Source of the DNA: Deltaproteobacteria bacterium
GTDB lineage: Bacteria > Myxococcota > JACPTQ01
DNA: 64,000 nucleotides
Assembly: GCA_016192705.1 (NCBI GenBank)
Contig: JACPTQ010000004.1
Span: 9,398-73,397, forward strand
Reading direction: 5' to 3'
Shown: in pieces, positions 46,509-56,630 of the stretch
How positions within the stretch are numbered: the first letter of the stretch is position 1
Layout of the letters: each line of letters opens with the position of its first letter
The notes under the pieces: generated by a model
Told to the model about the DNA's origin: nothing
The model's input: the letters and a program-made list of their open reading frames with translations, nothing else
Databases searched by the model: none
Made by a program: the position numbers and the translations under genes

Positions 46509-49202
46509 ATGACACGCAGCCAATCGGATTACTTTCGCCCCGACGACAGCGACACAAGTCCCGACGAGACGCGCGAGTGGATCGAATCGCTCGACGCCGT
46601 GATCGCGCGCGAAGGGAAGGAGCGCGCGGCGTTTTTGCTCGAGACGCTGCTCGAGCGTGCGCGCGTGACGCACACGCCGTCGCCGGCGCTCGTGCAGACG
46701 CCGTACGTCAACACCATCGCGCCCGAGGATGAACCGGCGTACCCCGGCAATGAGGCGATCGAGCTGCGCATCCGGCGCATTGTTCGGTGGAACGCGGTCG
46801 CGATGGTGCAGCGCGCGAACACGCTCTTCGGTGGGATCGGCGGGCACCTCGCGACGTATGCGTCGGCCGCGACATTATATGAGGTGGGGTTTAACCACTT
46901 CTTTCGAGGGCGCGGCGATGAGGGCGAGGCGAGCGGCGACCAGGTGTTTTTTCAGGGGCACGCGTCGCCTGGGATTTACGCGCGCGCGCTTTTGGAAGGC
47001 CGGTTGTCGGTCGAGCAGCTTGAGCGGTTTCGGCGGGAATGCGAGGCGGGGCGCGGGTTGTCGTCGTATCCCCATCCGTATTTGATGCCCGAGTTTTGGG
47101 AGTTTCCAACGGTGTCGATGGGGCTTTCGCCGCTCGCGGCGATCTATCAGGCGCGCTTCAATCGGTACTTGCACCACCGCGGAATCAAAGACACGAGCGC
47201 GTCGCGCGTTTGGGCGTTCTTGGGTGACGGCGAAACCGACGAGCCGGAAGCGCTTGGGTCGCTTTCGATCGCGGCGCGCGAAAAGCTCGATAACTTGGTG
47301 TTCGTCGTGAACTGCAATCTGCAGCGACTCGATGGGCCGGTGCGTGGGAACGGAAAGATCATTCAAGAGCTCGAGGCGGTGTTTCGCGGCGCCGGGTGGA
47401 ACGTCATCAAGGTGATTTGGGGGCGCAAATGGGATGCGCTGCTTGAGGCCGATAAGACCGGGCTCCTTGTGAAGCGGATGGGCGAGGTGGTCGATGGCGA
47501 ATATCAAAAGTATTCGGTCGAGCCGGGGGCGTACACGCGCGAGCATTTTTTTGGGAAGTATCCGGAGCTGCTCACGCTCGTTGCGGGGATGACGGATCGC
47601 GAGATACAGCGGCTTCGGCGAGGCGGGCACGACGATCACAAGGTGTACGCGGCGTTTCATGCGGCGGTGAATCACACGGGGCAGCCGACGGTTGTACTTG
47701 CGAAGACGGTGAAAGGGTGGACGCTCGGCGAGGCGGCGCAAGGGAAGAACGTTGCGCATCAACGGAAGAAGATGTCGGTCGAGGAGCTGAAGGCGTTTCG
47801 CGACGAGATTCAGTTGCCGATTCCCGACAGCAAGATCGCCGATGCGCCGTTCTATGTGCCGCCACGGGATAGTCCCGAAGTCGAATATGTTGTCGAGCGG
47901 CGTCGCGCGCTCGGTGGGTTTGTGCCGCGTCGGCGCGTCGTGGCGAAGGCGGTCGAGGTGCCGTCGATCGCGGATTTTGGCGCGTTCCTCGAGGGGAGCG
48001 GCGAAGCGGAGGTGTCGACGACCAACGTGTTCGCGCGGCTGCTCGCGCAGATGCTCGCGGACAAGCGCTTCGGGCGGCGCGTCGTGCCGATCATTCCGGA
48101 CGAGGCGCGGACGTTTGGGCTCGACGTGCTGTTTCGGCAGTACGGGATCTACTCGGCGGTTGGGCAGCTTTACGAGCCGGTCGATCACGGGATGCTGCTC
48201 CGCTATCGTGAGGCGCTCGACGGCCAGGTGCTCGAAGAGGGCATCACCGAAGCGGGCGCAACCGCGATGTTCACGGCCGCCGGGACGGCGTACGCGACGC
48301 ACGCGGAGCCGATGATTCCTTTCTATATCTTCTATTCAATGTTTGGTTATCAACGCGTCGGCGACCAGCTGTGGGCGTTCGGCGACCAGCGCGGGCGCGG
48401 GTTTTTGTGCGGCGCGACGGCCGGGCGCACGACGCTGAACGGCGAGGGGCTCCAGCATCAAGACGGGCACTCGCTGCTTGTTGCGAGCGCGCACCCGACG
48501 GTTCGCGCGTACGAGCCGGCGTTCGCTTACGAACTCGCGGTGATTGTGGCCGACGGCTTGAAGCGAATGTATGGCGACGGCGTCGACACTTACTATTACC
48601 TGACGCTGCAAAACGAGACTTACACGATGCCGCCGATGCCCGCGGGCGCCGCGGACGGCATTGTGCGCGGGCTGTACAAGTTTTGCGATGCGCCGGCTGG
48701 AGCGGGCGAAATGCGCGCGACGCTCCTCGGAAGCGGCTCGATTCTAAATGAAGTCTTGGCCGCGCAGAAGTTGCTCGCGAAACATTTTGGCGTTGCGGCC
48801 GAGGTTTGGAGCGCGCCGTCGTATTCGATGCTTCGGCGCGACGCGCTCCGGTGCGAACGCCACAACATGCTTCACCCCGAAGCGGAGCGGCTTGTGCCGT
48901 ACGTTGCGGCCGCGCTCGCCGAGGCGCAAGGCCCGATCGTCGCGGCAAGCGACTGGGTCACCGCGGTGCCAGACCAGATTGCGCGCTGGGTGCCCGGCGG
49001 ACTCCACACGCTCGGCACGGACGGGTTTGGCCGCAGCGACACGCGGCAATCGCTTCGCCGCTTCTACGGCGTCGACGCGGAAACGATCGCGGTCGCGACG
49101 CTTTTCGCGCTCGCAAAACGCGAAGACATCCCGATGTCGCGCGTCACCGACGCGATTCGCCTCCTCTGCCTCAACCCCAACGCCATCGACGCTCGCTCGT
49201 AG
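46509..49202 (+). CDS. aceE: Pyruvate dehydrogenase E1 component, homodimeric type
   Basis: 897 aa. DPDETREWIESLDAVI..., GGHLATYASAATLYEVGFNHFF and other AceE-family motifs along the whole length. Confidence 0.95.
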   Translation: MTRSQSDYFRPDDSDTSPDETREWIESLDAVIAREGKERAAFLLETLLERARVTHTPSPALVQTPYVNTIAPEDEPAYPGNEAIELRIRRIVRWNAVAMVQRANTLFGGIGGHLATYASAATLYEVGFNHFFRGRGDEGEASGDQVFFQGHASPGIYARALLEGRLSVEQLERFRRECEAGRGLSSYPHPYLMPEFWEFPTVSMGLSPLAAIYQARFNRYLHHRGIKDTSASRVWAFLGDGETDEPEALGSLSIAAREKLDNLVFVVNCNLQRLDGPVRGNGKIIQELEAVFRGAGWNVIKVIWGRKWDALLEADKTGLLVKRMGEVVDGEYQKYSVEPGAYTREHFFGKYPELLTLVAGMTDREIQRLRRGGHDDHKVYAAFHAAVNHTGQPTVVLAKTVKGWTLGEAAQGKNVAHQRKKMSVEELKAFRDEIQLPIPDSKIADAPFYVPPRDSPEVEYVVERRRALGGFVPRRRVVAKAVEVPSIADFGAFLEGSGEAEVSTTNVFARLLAQMLADKRFGRRVVPIIPDEARTFGLDVLFRQYGIYSAVGQLYEPVDHGMLLRYREALDGQVLEEGITEAGATAMFTAAGTAYATHAEPMIPFYIFYSMFGYQRVGDQLWAFGDQRGRGFLCGATAGRTTLNGEGLQHQDGHSLLVASAHPTVRAYEPAFAYELAVIVADGLKRMYGDGVDTYYYLTLQNETYTMPPMPAGAADGIVRGLYKFCDAPAGAGEMRATLLGSGSILNEVLAAQKLLAKHFGVAAEVWSAPSYSMLRRDALRCERHNMLHPEAERLVPYVAAALAEAQGPIVAASDWVTAVPDQIARWVPGGLHTLGTDGFGRSDTRQSLRRFYGVDAETIAVATLFALAKREDIPMSRVTDAIRLLCLNPNAIDARS

Positions 49203-49203
49203 C

Positions 49204-49626
49204 TCAGTTATCGGTTCTTTCTTCGGTGACGACGATACAGCCGTCGCCCTTGCCGGCGCAGATCGTACGGTCGCTCGTCTCGGTCCGCTTGAGGATGTAC
49301 GTCTTGATCCGCTTTCGCTCTGTCGCGCCCGGTTGCGTGCCGACGGACCCTTCGGCGATGAGCGTTTTCAGCGACGACAGGCTGACGTAGCATCGTTTTC
49401 CGGTCGCCTGCCCCGTGCTGACCGATTTCACCTTGTAGCGCGTTCCACGAACGCTGAACATCACGCCGACCGGGTTTTCAACGACGTCGCCCTTGAGCGC
49501 CGCGCCTTGTGCGTCGACCACATCGTTGTCAGCGAAAACATCATCTCCAAGGCTCTCGGTGCCGCCACACGCCACAACGCCGATCAGCCCGAAAACCGCC
49601 AAACCTGAAATCACATTCGTTCTCAT
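49204..49626 (-). CDS. Small lipoprotein, hypothetical
   Basis: MRTNVISGLAVFGLIGVVAC lipobox. 140 aa. Slightly lower-GC region. Confidence 0.5.
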   Translation of the reverse strand: MRTNVISGLAVFGLIGVVACGGTESLGDDVFADNDVVDAQGAALKGDVVENPVGVMFSVRGTRYKVKSVSTGQATGKRCYVSLSSLKTLIAEGSVGTQPGATERKRIKTYILKRTETSDRTICAGKGDGCIVVTEERTDN

Positions 49627-49910
49627 TTTTCTCTCTCCTCATTTCCTTCCGCCGCACCATCGCGACGACCGACACGGGAAGTACAGGGGGCCGGCCAACC
49701 GAAAAGCCGCCATATTGCGGGGTTGTCGGACAGGTGGTGCTCAATTTTTGATGATGGGCCGATCAAGAATCGATTACGGCGTTGATATTGCTTCGGCAAG
49801 TGGAACCTAGCAAAAGCTGGATTTGTGCGAACGGCGCGGATGAGATGCGAGCCCCATTTCGCTGGGGCGCTCGTTGTCTCGCCTTCACGAGTCGGTTATT
49901 GTTTTGACCC

Positions 49911-51743
49911 TTGCGCGTCCTTTTGACATGCCTCAAAGAGACTCAAGCTTGGGTCTACGCCGCTGTCGTCGTCACTTCTACGACCGTCGCCTACTTCGCT
50001 CTTGGCATCGGCGGCGTCGATCTCAATATCCCCTTCGATTACAACTGGGACACCATCGCGCTCAGCGCGGCGGTCAAGGGTTTGGCCGACGAACCCTGGT
50101 ACCTGCACAACAGTTTTCTCGGGATGCCGGGCGGCTTCGATGCGTGTGACTACCCGACTCCCGACAATTTCCATTTTCTCGTTCTGAAAATCCTCGTCAA
50201 CCTTCTCCCAAACTTTTCAATCGCGATAAACACCTACTACCTCATGACTTTTCCGCTCGCATCGATGACGTCGCTTTTGGTTTTTCGTCACTTCCGCATC
50301 CCGTTCGGCCCGGCCATCGTGGGAAGCCTTCTCTACCCATTTCTCCAGTACCACTTTCGCCACGGCGTCCAACACCTTTTCCTTTCCGCGTATTTCATTG
50401 TTCCGCTCATGGTGATGGTCGCGCTCTGGACCGCCTCCGCGCGTCCGCCCCTTTTTGACGGCGCCACGGCGGAACGCTGGCGACCCCGGCTGGCCGCACC
50501 GCGCGCACGATCCGTCGCCGCGTTGCTCCTTTGCTTTTCGTTCTCTGGATTCGGCGTTTACTACGCGATGTTCGCCGCGTTTATCATCCTGGTCGCTGGA
50601 GCCTATGGCGGTGCTGTGCACCGTTCTCCGCGCGGCTTCGTGTCGGCGGGGGTCCTTGTGGCATCCCTCTGCGCCGGGCTTTTCCTCAATCTCGCCCCCG
50701 CCGTGCTCCAACGCGCGAAACACGGCCCCAATCCCGACGCCGTGATTCGAACAATCGTTGATGCGGAGAAGTGGGGACTTAGAATCACGCCGATGCTTCT
50801 TCCCATCTCCGAACACCGGATTGCGGCCTTGGGAAAGCTCCGCGACAAATACAACGAATCGGTACGACCCGCGGGAGAGAACGATTGGTGTGCTCTCGGA
50901 CTTTTTGGAACGGCTGGATTCTTGCTTCTTCTATGGCGACTCTTCGGCCGCAGGAACGACAACACCGACGAACACGATGGAATCCTCAGTCCACTGAGCG
51001 TGTTGAACGGCGCCGCGCTTCTCCTAGGCACGATCGGCGGACTCAGCGGGCTGTTTGCGCTGCTCGTTTCCACGTCCATCCGTTCGTACGCCCGCATCAG
51101 CATCTTCATCGCATTTTTCGCCTTCTTTTCGGTCACGATCGTTTTGGCGAAGATTTGGAGCAGATATGTGAAAACTCGGCGCCAAGCGATACGGGGTGCC
51201 GTGGGTCTTGCGGTTTGTACGATTCTCGGCCTTCTCGACCAAACAACACCGGCATCGAAGCTCAAACAGGACGCCCTCAAGGCGGAGTATTACCAAGACG
51301 CAGACTTCATTCGGCGGATCGAGGCGTCGGTTCCACCCGGTTCTAAAATCGCTCAGCTCCCGTACTTCCCTTACCCTGAAGGAAACTACGTTCACCGGAT
51401 GGCGGACTACGAGCATTTCAAGCCGTACCTACATTCTAAGGCGCTGCGTTGGAGCTATGGCGCCATGAGGGGGCGCGCGACCGATCGGTGGCAACGCGAA
51501 ACGTTCGCGAAGCCGCCCCGAGAGCTGGTGTCGCTCGTTATCGGCGCGGGGTTTAGTGGCATCTACATCGATCGCCTGGGGTTCGGAGACCAAGCGATCG
51601 CGCTCGTGTCGAACCTTCAAGTTATCCTCGGCGAGACACCGCTTGAAAGCGGCAATCGACGGCGGGTCTTTTTCCCGCTTCACCGTTTCGCCGAGCGGAT
51701 GCGCGCAGAGCGATCGCAACCGAGTAATCCCAGTGGACCATAA
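49911..51743 (+). CDS. Polytopic membrane protein with C-terminal extracytoplasmic domain (possible GT-C fold glycosyltransferase)
   Basis: More than 10 predicted TM helices followed by a ~200-aa soluble domain. No catalytic motif I can name. Confidence 0.65.
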   Translation: MRVLLTCLKETQAWVYAAVVVTSTTVAYFALGIGGVDLNIPFDYNWDTIALSAAVKGLADEPWYLHNSFLGMPGGFDACDYPTPDNFHFLVLKILVNLLPNFSIAINTYYLMTFPLASMTSLLVFRHFRIPFGPAIVGSLLYPFLQYHFRHGVQHLFLSAYFIVPLMVMVALWTASARPPLFDGATAERWRPRLAAPRARSVAALLLCFSFSGFGVYYAMFAAFIILVAGAYGGAVHRSPRGFVSAGVLVASLCAGLFLNLAPAVLQRAKHGPNPDAVIRTIVDAEKWGLRITPMLLPISEHRIAALGKLRDKYNESVRPAGENDWCALGLFGTAGFLLLLWRLFGRRNDNTDEHDGILSPLSVLNGAALLLGTIGGLSGLFALLVSTSIRSYARISIFIAFFAFFSVTIVLAKIWSRYVKTRRQAIRGAVGLAVCTILGLLDQTTPASKLKQDALKAEYYQDADFIRRIEASVPPGSKIAQLPYFPYPEGNYVHRMADYEHFKPYLHSKALRWSYGAMRGRATDRWQRETFAKPPRELVSLVIGAGFSGIYIDRLGFGDQAIALVSNLQVILGETPLESGNRRRVFFPLHRFAERMRAERSQPSNPSGP

Positions 51744-51753
51744 TCCGAACGTC

Positions 51754-53286
51754 ATGATGCGGCTCCGTTCTCGACTCATCTCAGACCCCGATAAGTCCGT
51801 CCATTTCTTATTTCTCGGAGTCATTGCGATCGCTCTTTTCATGCGCGTGGTTTGCCTGGGCCATATCGCTGGCGTTAATGGGGATGAGGCCTGGGCGGGC
51901 GTTCAACTCCAAGCCGTCGCGACGGGAAAGGCTCCTGAAAATGCTCCCTCGGGCCTCGCGATTGAGCCCTTTTATTCAGGGTTTCTGAGTTTTCTTCAGA
52001 AGATTTTCCCACCATCGTTCGAGGTGCTGCGTATTCCACCGCTTGCGGCTGGGATACTCGCCGTGTTGCTCGCGTATATCTGGCTCTGTCGCGTCTTACC
52101 GAAGAACACGGCGCTCTTCTGCGCGCTCGTCATGGCCATTCTACCGATGAACATCGCTTACTCGCGAATGGCCTGGGGACCCAGCCTCATCCCTCTCTTT
52201 ACCCTTTTCCCCATTTACTATGCCCTGAAGGGGAAACCTCTGGGCGCTGCGATGGGTTTGTACGTGGCGCTTGCGATCCATCCAACGAGCATTTTCGTCG
52301 TGCCCACCGCGGTTGGACCGTTGGTCGCGCGCGGCATCGCTCGCATCGCGGCCGTCGGTCCGCGGAAGGCGCTCGCGCAATGGCCGAGCGTGGAGTGGAC
52401 TTTGACGGCGTTGGTCTTACTGGCCTGTGCGTTCATCATGCCCTCCGAGGGCACAATGCGCACCGCAGCCGGTCCGAACCGAGGTCTCGAACTGAGCCAA
52501 TGGTCGGTCGTTCCGGGCGTGTTGACGGATTTCTTCTCGGGCCTGACCGCGTACCGATATTTTGCCAGCGATCCGAGCCCGTTGATGAGCCAAATTCATT
52601 CGATAGGGTTTGCGACGCTGATGGTCTTCCTTGCGTGTACCGCGCTCCCGCATCTTGTTCGTGCGCGTAAACCCGAAGAGATCGGACTCGTCGTTGGTGC
52701 GTTCGCGACGTTCGGCGGTTTTCTCCTGCTTGGGGGGAATTCGTTCATGGGCGCAGGTTATTCCCGATATGGAATGGTTCTTATTACGCCGTTTGTGGTT
52801 AGTGTTGGGGTTCTCTTGGGGCAGTTCGTTCAAGTGCGGCGCGTCAAACTTGTTTTAGCCGGCTGCGGAGCGCTCTTCCTTTTGAGCTTCGGTATCAATT
52901 ACTTTGGCGCGTTCTTAAAGACCGGTGGGACGAAGGGCGCCATGTTTTGGACCGGTCCAACTGAGCCGAAAGCTCGAGCGTTGCAAGTGATTCTCGAGAA
53001 CTCACCGCCGGAGGGACCCATTCGCGTCGTCGCAGACGATTGGTGGACGCATTGGCCGATTCGATACCTGGCTCGAGCGCAGCCTCGCGTCGAGGTGACG
53101 CAGGCGAATGCGCCCCAACAGGTGGTGATGGGTTTTCAGGGAGGCTCGTGGATTGTGGGTTTTACGAACGGACTTGTAGACCATTACTTACGCAGCGTTG
53201 GCGCGGGGGGCGGTGCGGAAATCTGGCATGTCCCCGCCTATTCCGGGCGTCCCGCCATTGTCGTTGGTCGGCGAGGCAGAAAATGA
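51754..53286 (+). CDS. Polytopic membrane protein, ArnT/PMT-like GT-C family (putative glycosyltransferase)
   Basis: ATGATG 8 nt after the upstream stop. Many TM helices. LPMNIAYSRMAWGPSL motif region. Confidence 0.65.
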   Translation: MMRLRSRLISDPDKSVHFLFLGVIAIALFMRVVCLGHIAGVNGDEAWAGVQLQAVATGKAPENAPSGLAIEPFYSGFLSFLQKIFPPSFEVLRIPPLAAGILAVLLAYIWLCRVLPKNTALFCALVMAILPMNIAYSRMAWGPSLIPLFTLFPIYYALKGKPLGAAMGLYVALAIHPTSIFVVPTAVGPLVARGIARIAAVGPRKALAQWPSVEWTLTALVLLACAFIMPSEGTMRTAAGPNRGLELSQWSVVPGVLTDFFSGLTAYRYFASDPSPLMSQIHSIGFATLMVFLACTALPHLVRARKPEEIGLVVGAFATFGGFLLLGGNSFMGAGYSRYGMVLITPFVVSVGVLLGQFVQVRRVKLVLAGCGALFLLSFGINYFGAFLKTGGTKGAMFWTGPTEPKARALQVILENSPPEGPIRVVADDWWTHWPIRYLARAQPRVEVTQANAPQQVVMGFQGGSWIVGFTNGLVDHYLRSVGAGGGAEIWHVPAYSGRPAIVVGRRGRK

Positions 53287-53921
53287 GCGCAGCTCGTCCG
53301 GGGGCCGACATCACTTACTGGAAGAAGAACGCGCGTCGCTACGATCGCTTCACGCTGTTTTGTAACCGGCGGTTTTCAGCGATGGCGACGCGTGCGGCCG
53401 AGGTTGTCGATGGTTCGCTCTGCGTCCTTGAGGTCGCCGCGGGAACGGGCCTTGTTACGACGGCGCTTTCCGCGCGGGTTAAGGAGCTCGTTGCGACCGA
53501 CCGTTCTGGCGACATGCTCGACGTGCTCTGCGCGCGGCTCAAAGCCGACGGTCGCGGCGCGGTCGAGGTGCGGACCGCGGATGCGCTTGCGCTCGATTTC
53601 GCCGACGGCACGTTTGACGCGGTTGTGGCCGCCAACTTGGTTCATCTGCTCCCCGAGCCGAGTCGTTTTTTTTCGGAGGCGCGCCGCGTTCTCAAAAGCG
53701 AAGGCGTTGTCGTGCTCCCAACTTTTTGCCATGGCGATACGCTTGGGGCGCATATCGTTTCTCGTCTCCTTCGGCTCACCGGTTTCCCGCTCGTCACGCG
53801 GTTCAATCGCGCGTCGCTTCGCGCGCTCATCGAGGCGAACGGGTTTTCGGTCACCACCGAAGAACGTTTCCCTGGCCTCCTTCCGATCTGGCTCATGGCC
53901 GGCCGCAAGCAGCGCCCGTAA
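53283..53921 (+). CDS. Class I SAM-dependent methyltransferase
   Basis: ATGA overlap with the upstream stop. VLEVAAGTGLVT motif I; acidic VATDRS motif II. Confidence 0.8.
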   Translation: MSAARPGADITYWKKNARRYDRFTLFCNRRFSAMATRAAEVVDGSLCVLEVAAGTGLVTTALSARVKELVATDRSGDMLDVLCARLKADGRGAVEVRTADALALDFADGTFDAVVAANLVHLLPEPSRFFSEARRVLKSEGVVVLPTFCHGDTLGAHIVSRLLRLTGFPLVTRFNRASLRALIEANGFSVTTEERFPGLLPIWLMAGRKQRP

Positions 53922-53933
53922 CGAAGTTTTCAA

Positions 53934-54908
53934 TCAGCGTTTCTTTTTGAGAAGGTCGATCGCGTCGTGCGCCGCTTGGCGAATCGCTGGGTGTTCGTGA
54001 CCCTTTTCGAGCGTCCATAAAAACGCCTCCGCCTTTGCTCCGCCCAGATCGCCGAGCGCATAAATAACTTCACGCAGCGTCTGGGGATCCTTGCGTGCCG
54101 CGAAATCGATGAGGGGATTCACCGCGCGAGCATCCTTGAGCGACACGAGGGCGCCCACCGCGCGTCGTGCAACGGCGGGCTCATCGTCTTTGAGCAGCGC
54201 GACGAAAAGATCAAAGTGGGCAGGGTCGCGTCTCTCCGCGAGCTCGTTGGCCGCAATCAGTCGCCGTTCGCCTTCCGCCCCTCCGTCGGGGCGCGACTTC
54301 AGCAAGGCCACCAGTTGGTCAACCGGCAGCTTCGGGACGCGGACTTTCAACGCGAGCGACTCTACCGTGTCTCGAACGGCCCGCTCCACGATCTCGCGGT
54401 ACGTCCTGTCCGCGCCTTCGCCCTTTGGGACTGGGCGAAAACCGATCGCGTTGGCTTCGAACCGGTCGTCGTCGAGGCTGAGGACTCCGCTCACGGCCAC
54501 GAACGACTCATGCTTCTTTCGCGTCGCGACCGCAACGCGAACTTGCAAACGACCCGAAGCCGCCGTCTTTTGGCGTCCTCCCTGCGCGCGAAACGCTTCG
54601 AACACAATTCGTTCGAGCTCCGCCTTCTCCATCGGGCGCCGGTCGCGTGGAACAGCGGCGCCGGTCTCGTCGCTGACCCAGATCTCCCCGACGACAATCG
54701 GTTGTGCGCCTGCGCTGACGGCCACCTTCACTATTTCTTCGCGAGCGTTCGTGGTCGTCGTCGTGCCCGTGCTCGCCATCGTTCTCGTGCTCGCGATGTT
54801 GGCATCCGCACGGGTCGGTGAATCACCATGGTCCTTGCATGAAGCCGAGATCAACAAGATGCCAAGAACGATCGCACGGCCAGACGAAAGATGATCAACC
54901 GCTCCCAC
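53934..54908 (-). CDS. HEAT/PBS-lyase repeat protein, possibly a lipoprotein; start uncertain
   Basis: C-terminal HEAT-like repeats (DPAVARRAVGALVSLKDARAVNPLI). A candidate GTG start at 54908 gives VGAVDHLSSGRAIVLGILLISASC. Upstream of this the 518-aa track ORF is R-rich. Confidence 0.5.
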   Translation of the reverse strand: MGAVDHLSSGRAIVLGILLISASCKDHGDSPTRADANIASTRTMASTGTTTTTNAREEIVKVAVSAGAQPIVVGEIWVSDETGAAVPRDRRPMEKAELERIVFEAFRAQGGRQKTAASGRLQVRVAVATRKKHESFVAVSGVLSLDDDRFEANAIGFRPVPKGEGADRTYREIVERAVRDTVESLALKVRVPKLPVDQLVALLKSRPDGGAEGERRLIAANELAERRDPAHFDLFVALLKDDEPAVARRAVGALVSLKDARAVNPLIDFAARKDPQTLREVIYALGDLGGAKAEAFLWTLEKGHEHPAIRQAAHDAIDLLKKKR

Positions 54909-54921
54909 GCGATTCGGCTCG

Positions 54922-55548
54922 TCACCTTCTTCGCTTGCTGCGACCCTGCAGCGCGCGCGCGACGACGTTCGCATCGACGATCGTGACGAGGGATTCGCCG
55001 GGGTGTCGCGCCTCAGCGAGCGCACGTCCGCCCGCGCGTCCGCGACACACCAAGACCCCCGCAAGACACGAATTCTCGCGAAGCGCCTGCCGATGTTCGC
55101 GGACCGCCTCGGCCGCCAAGTCGCTTGTTCGCGCGTCGAGCTGAACCAGAACATCGGTCTCCGCGCTCCCCCAGCCGATCTTCGCGCGCCACGCGCCCTC
55201 CCGGATCGGCTCTGCGCCTCGATACCCCATGGAATCGAGAAGTCGAAGAACGTCGGCGCGCCACGCCTCGTGCGACTCGCCGCCGAAGGCGCCGTCATCT
55301 GTTGGGACCGTTCCGTTCGTTCCAACTTCGTCACCGGACGCCGCCGCCCACAGCCCCGGCCCAACCTCGTAACATCCGCCTTCGCTGCCACGCGCGCTGC
55401 GAAGCCGCGCCGCCACGGTGATTCCGGGCCGCCGCCCTGGAAAAACGACGTCGCCCCGCTCCGCGAGCAGAGTGCCAACCTGTTCAACATCGAGAGGTCG
55501 CGCCGCCGCCACGAGCAGGCGCCTTGTTTCCGACAAGAAATCGCTCAT
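54922..55548 (-). CDS. Hypothetical protein
   Basis: Protein-like composition. Start MSDFLSE overlaps the lepB stop (coupling). No recognised domain. Confidence 0.45.
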   Translation of the reverse strand: MSDFLSETRRLLVAAARPLDVEQVGTLLAERGDVVFPGRRPGITVAARLRSARGSEGGCYEVGPGLWAAASGDEVGTNGTVPTDDGAFGGESHEAWRADVLRLLDSMGYRGAEPIREGAWRAKIGWGSAETDVLVQLDARTSDLAAEAVREHRQALRENSCLAGVLVCRGRAGGRALAEARHPGESLVTIVDANVVARALQGRSKRRR

Positions 55549-56630
55549 TCCACCGCCCCAAAAAAACGTCCCCATCGCACCCACTTTGAAAAGTTTTCCC
55601 AGAAGCTAACATCTTGGCACCCGTTGTTGGTTGACGCTCCGCTCGAAAACCAGACGAACAGTGCCTTTCCTTTGATGTTCTGAATGTCGACAAACCCCCA
55701 CTCGCGGCTGTCCTTGCTGTTGTCACGATGATCGCCCATCACGAAAACGCTTCCGGGCGGAATCGTTTTCTCGTAAACCGTCTCATCGCCGTCCGGCTCC
55801 GAATCGGCGCTCAGCGTGTGAAACGTTGTGCCGTCGATCGTCTCTTCATAGAGCGTTTTTGTTTCGAGGTCCCACGGCCAGCGGTCGCCCGCACTCCCCG
55901 ATTCGTCGCCGCTGAAGTTGCAATATTTGAGCGCGCCAACTGGTTTTCGCTTGATCTCTTCTTCTTTGCCTGTTCCCGCGCGCGTCAAAAAAACGGTGTG
56001 GTTGCGAACGCGAATCTTGTCGCCTTCGATCGCAATGACGCGTTTGATGAAGTCTTGATCGGGATTGACGGGATAAACGAAGACGATGACATCGCCGCGC
56101 TTTGGATTTGAGGCCCAGAATTTTTTCGGAGGATTGCTGGTGAACGGGATGCGAAGCCCGTAAACAAACTTATTGACGAAAATGTGGTCACCCACCTCGA
56201 GCGTTGGGATCATCGATCCCGATGGGATCTTGAACGCCTCGATCACGAACGCGCGCAGAATGAGCGCAATGAGGACGGCGATTGCGAGCGCTTCGATGTT
56301 TTCGCGCGTTGAGAGGCGCCGGCGCTCCTTCTTGAGGTGCGCGTCGATCACGCCGTCAAGAACCTCTGCGGCGTTTCTCATTTCGTCGAGGCGGTTTCCC
56401 GCGAGTGCGGTCTCGACTTCCGTTTTCCCGCGTGTGAAATCCTCGCGGATCTCGGCGGACCACCGCTTGCCGTATCGGCGCTCCAGCTTGTTCGCTGTTT
56501 TGAGAACATGTTTCGCTTCTTTTCGCGTGCGCCGATGGCGACGCCACTGAACCAAGCGCTGCCACGCGCTCTCCGGGACGACCAGCGCCGCCTCGTGTTT
56601 CGATCGTTTGCCGCGCTTGTCCATCGACAT
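55545..56630 (-). CDS. lepB: Signal peptidase I with ~100-aa N-terminal cytoplasmic extension
   Basis: IPSGSMIPTLEVGDHIFVNK (Ser box), VMGDHRDNSKDSREWGFV (box E). Confidence 0.9.
   Translation of the reverse strand: MSMDKRGKRSKHEAALVVPESAWQRLVQWRRHRRTRKEAKHVLKTANKLERRYGKRWSAEIREDFTRGKTEVETALAGNRLDEMRNAAEVLDGVIDAHLKKERRRLSTRENIEALAIAVLIALILRAFVIEAFKIPSGSMIPTLEVGDHIFVNKFVYGLRIPFTSNPPKKFWASNPKRGDVIVFVYPVNPDQDFIKRVIAIEGDKIRVRNHTVFLTRAGTGKEEEIKRKPVGALKYCNFSGDESGSAGDRWPWDLETKTLYEETIDGTTFHTLSADSEPDGDETVYEKTIPPGSVFVMGDHRDNSKDSREWGFVDIQNIKGKALFVWFSSGASTNNGCQDVSFWENFSKWVRWGRFFGAVE

Noticed and set aside
46875-48302. 475-aa minus-strand ORF
   Set aside because: Antisense to aceE, whose product is unmistakable. 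R-rich.
54922-55490. Upstream ~190 aa of the 518-aa minus ORF
   Set aside because: R-rich and overlaps, in another frame, a protein-like ORF coupled to lepB. The HEAT-repeat gene most likely starts near 54908.
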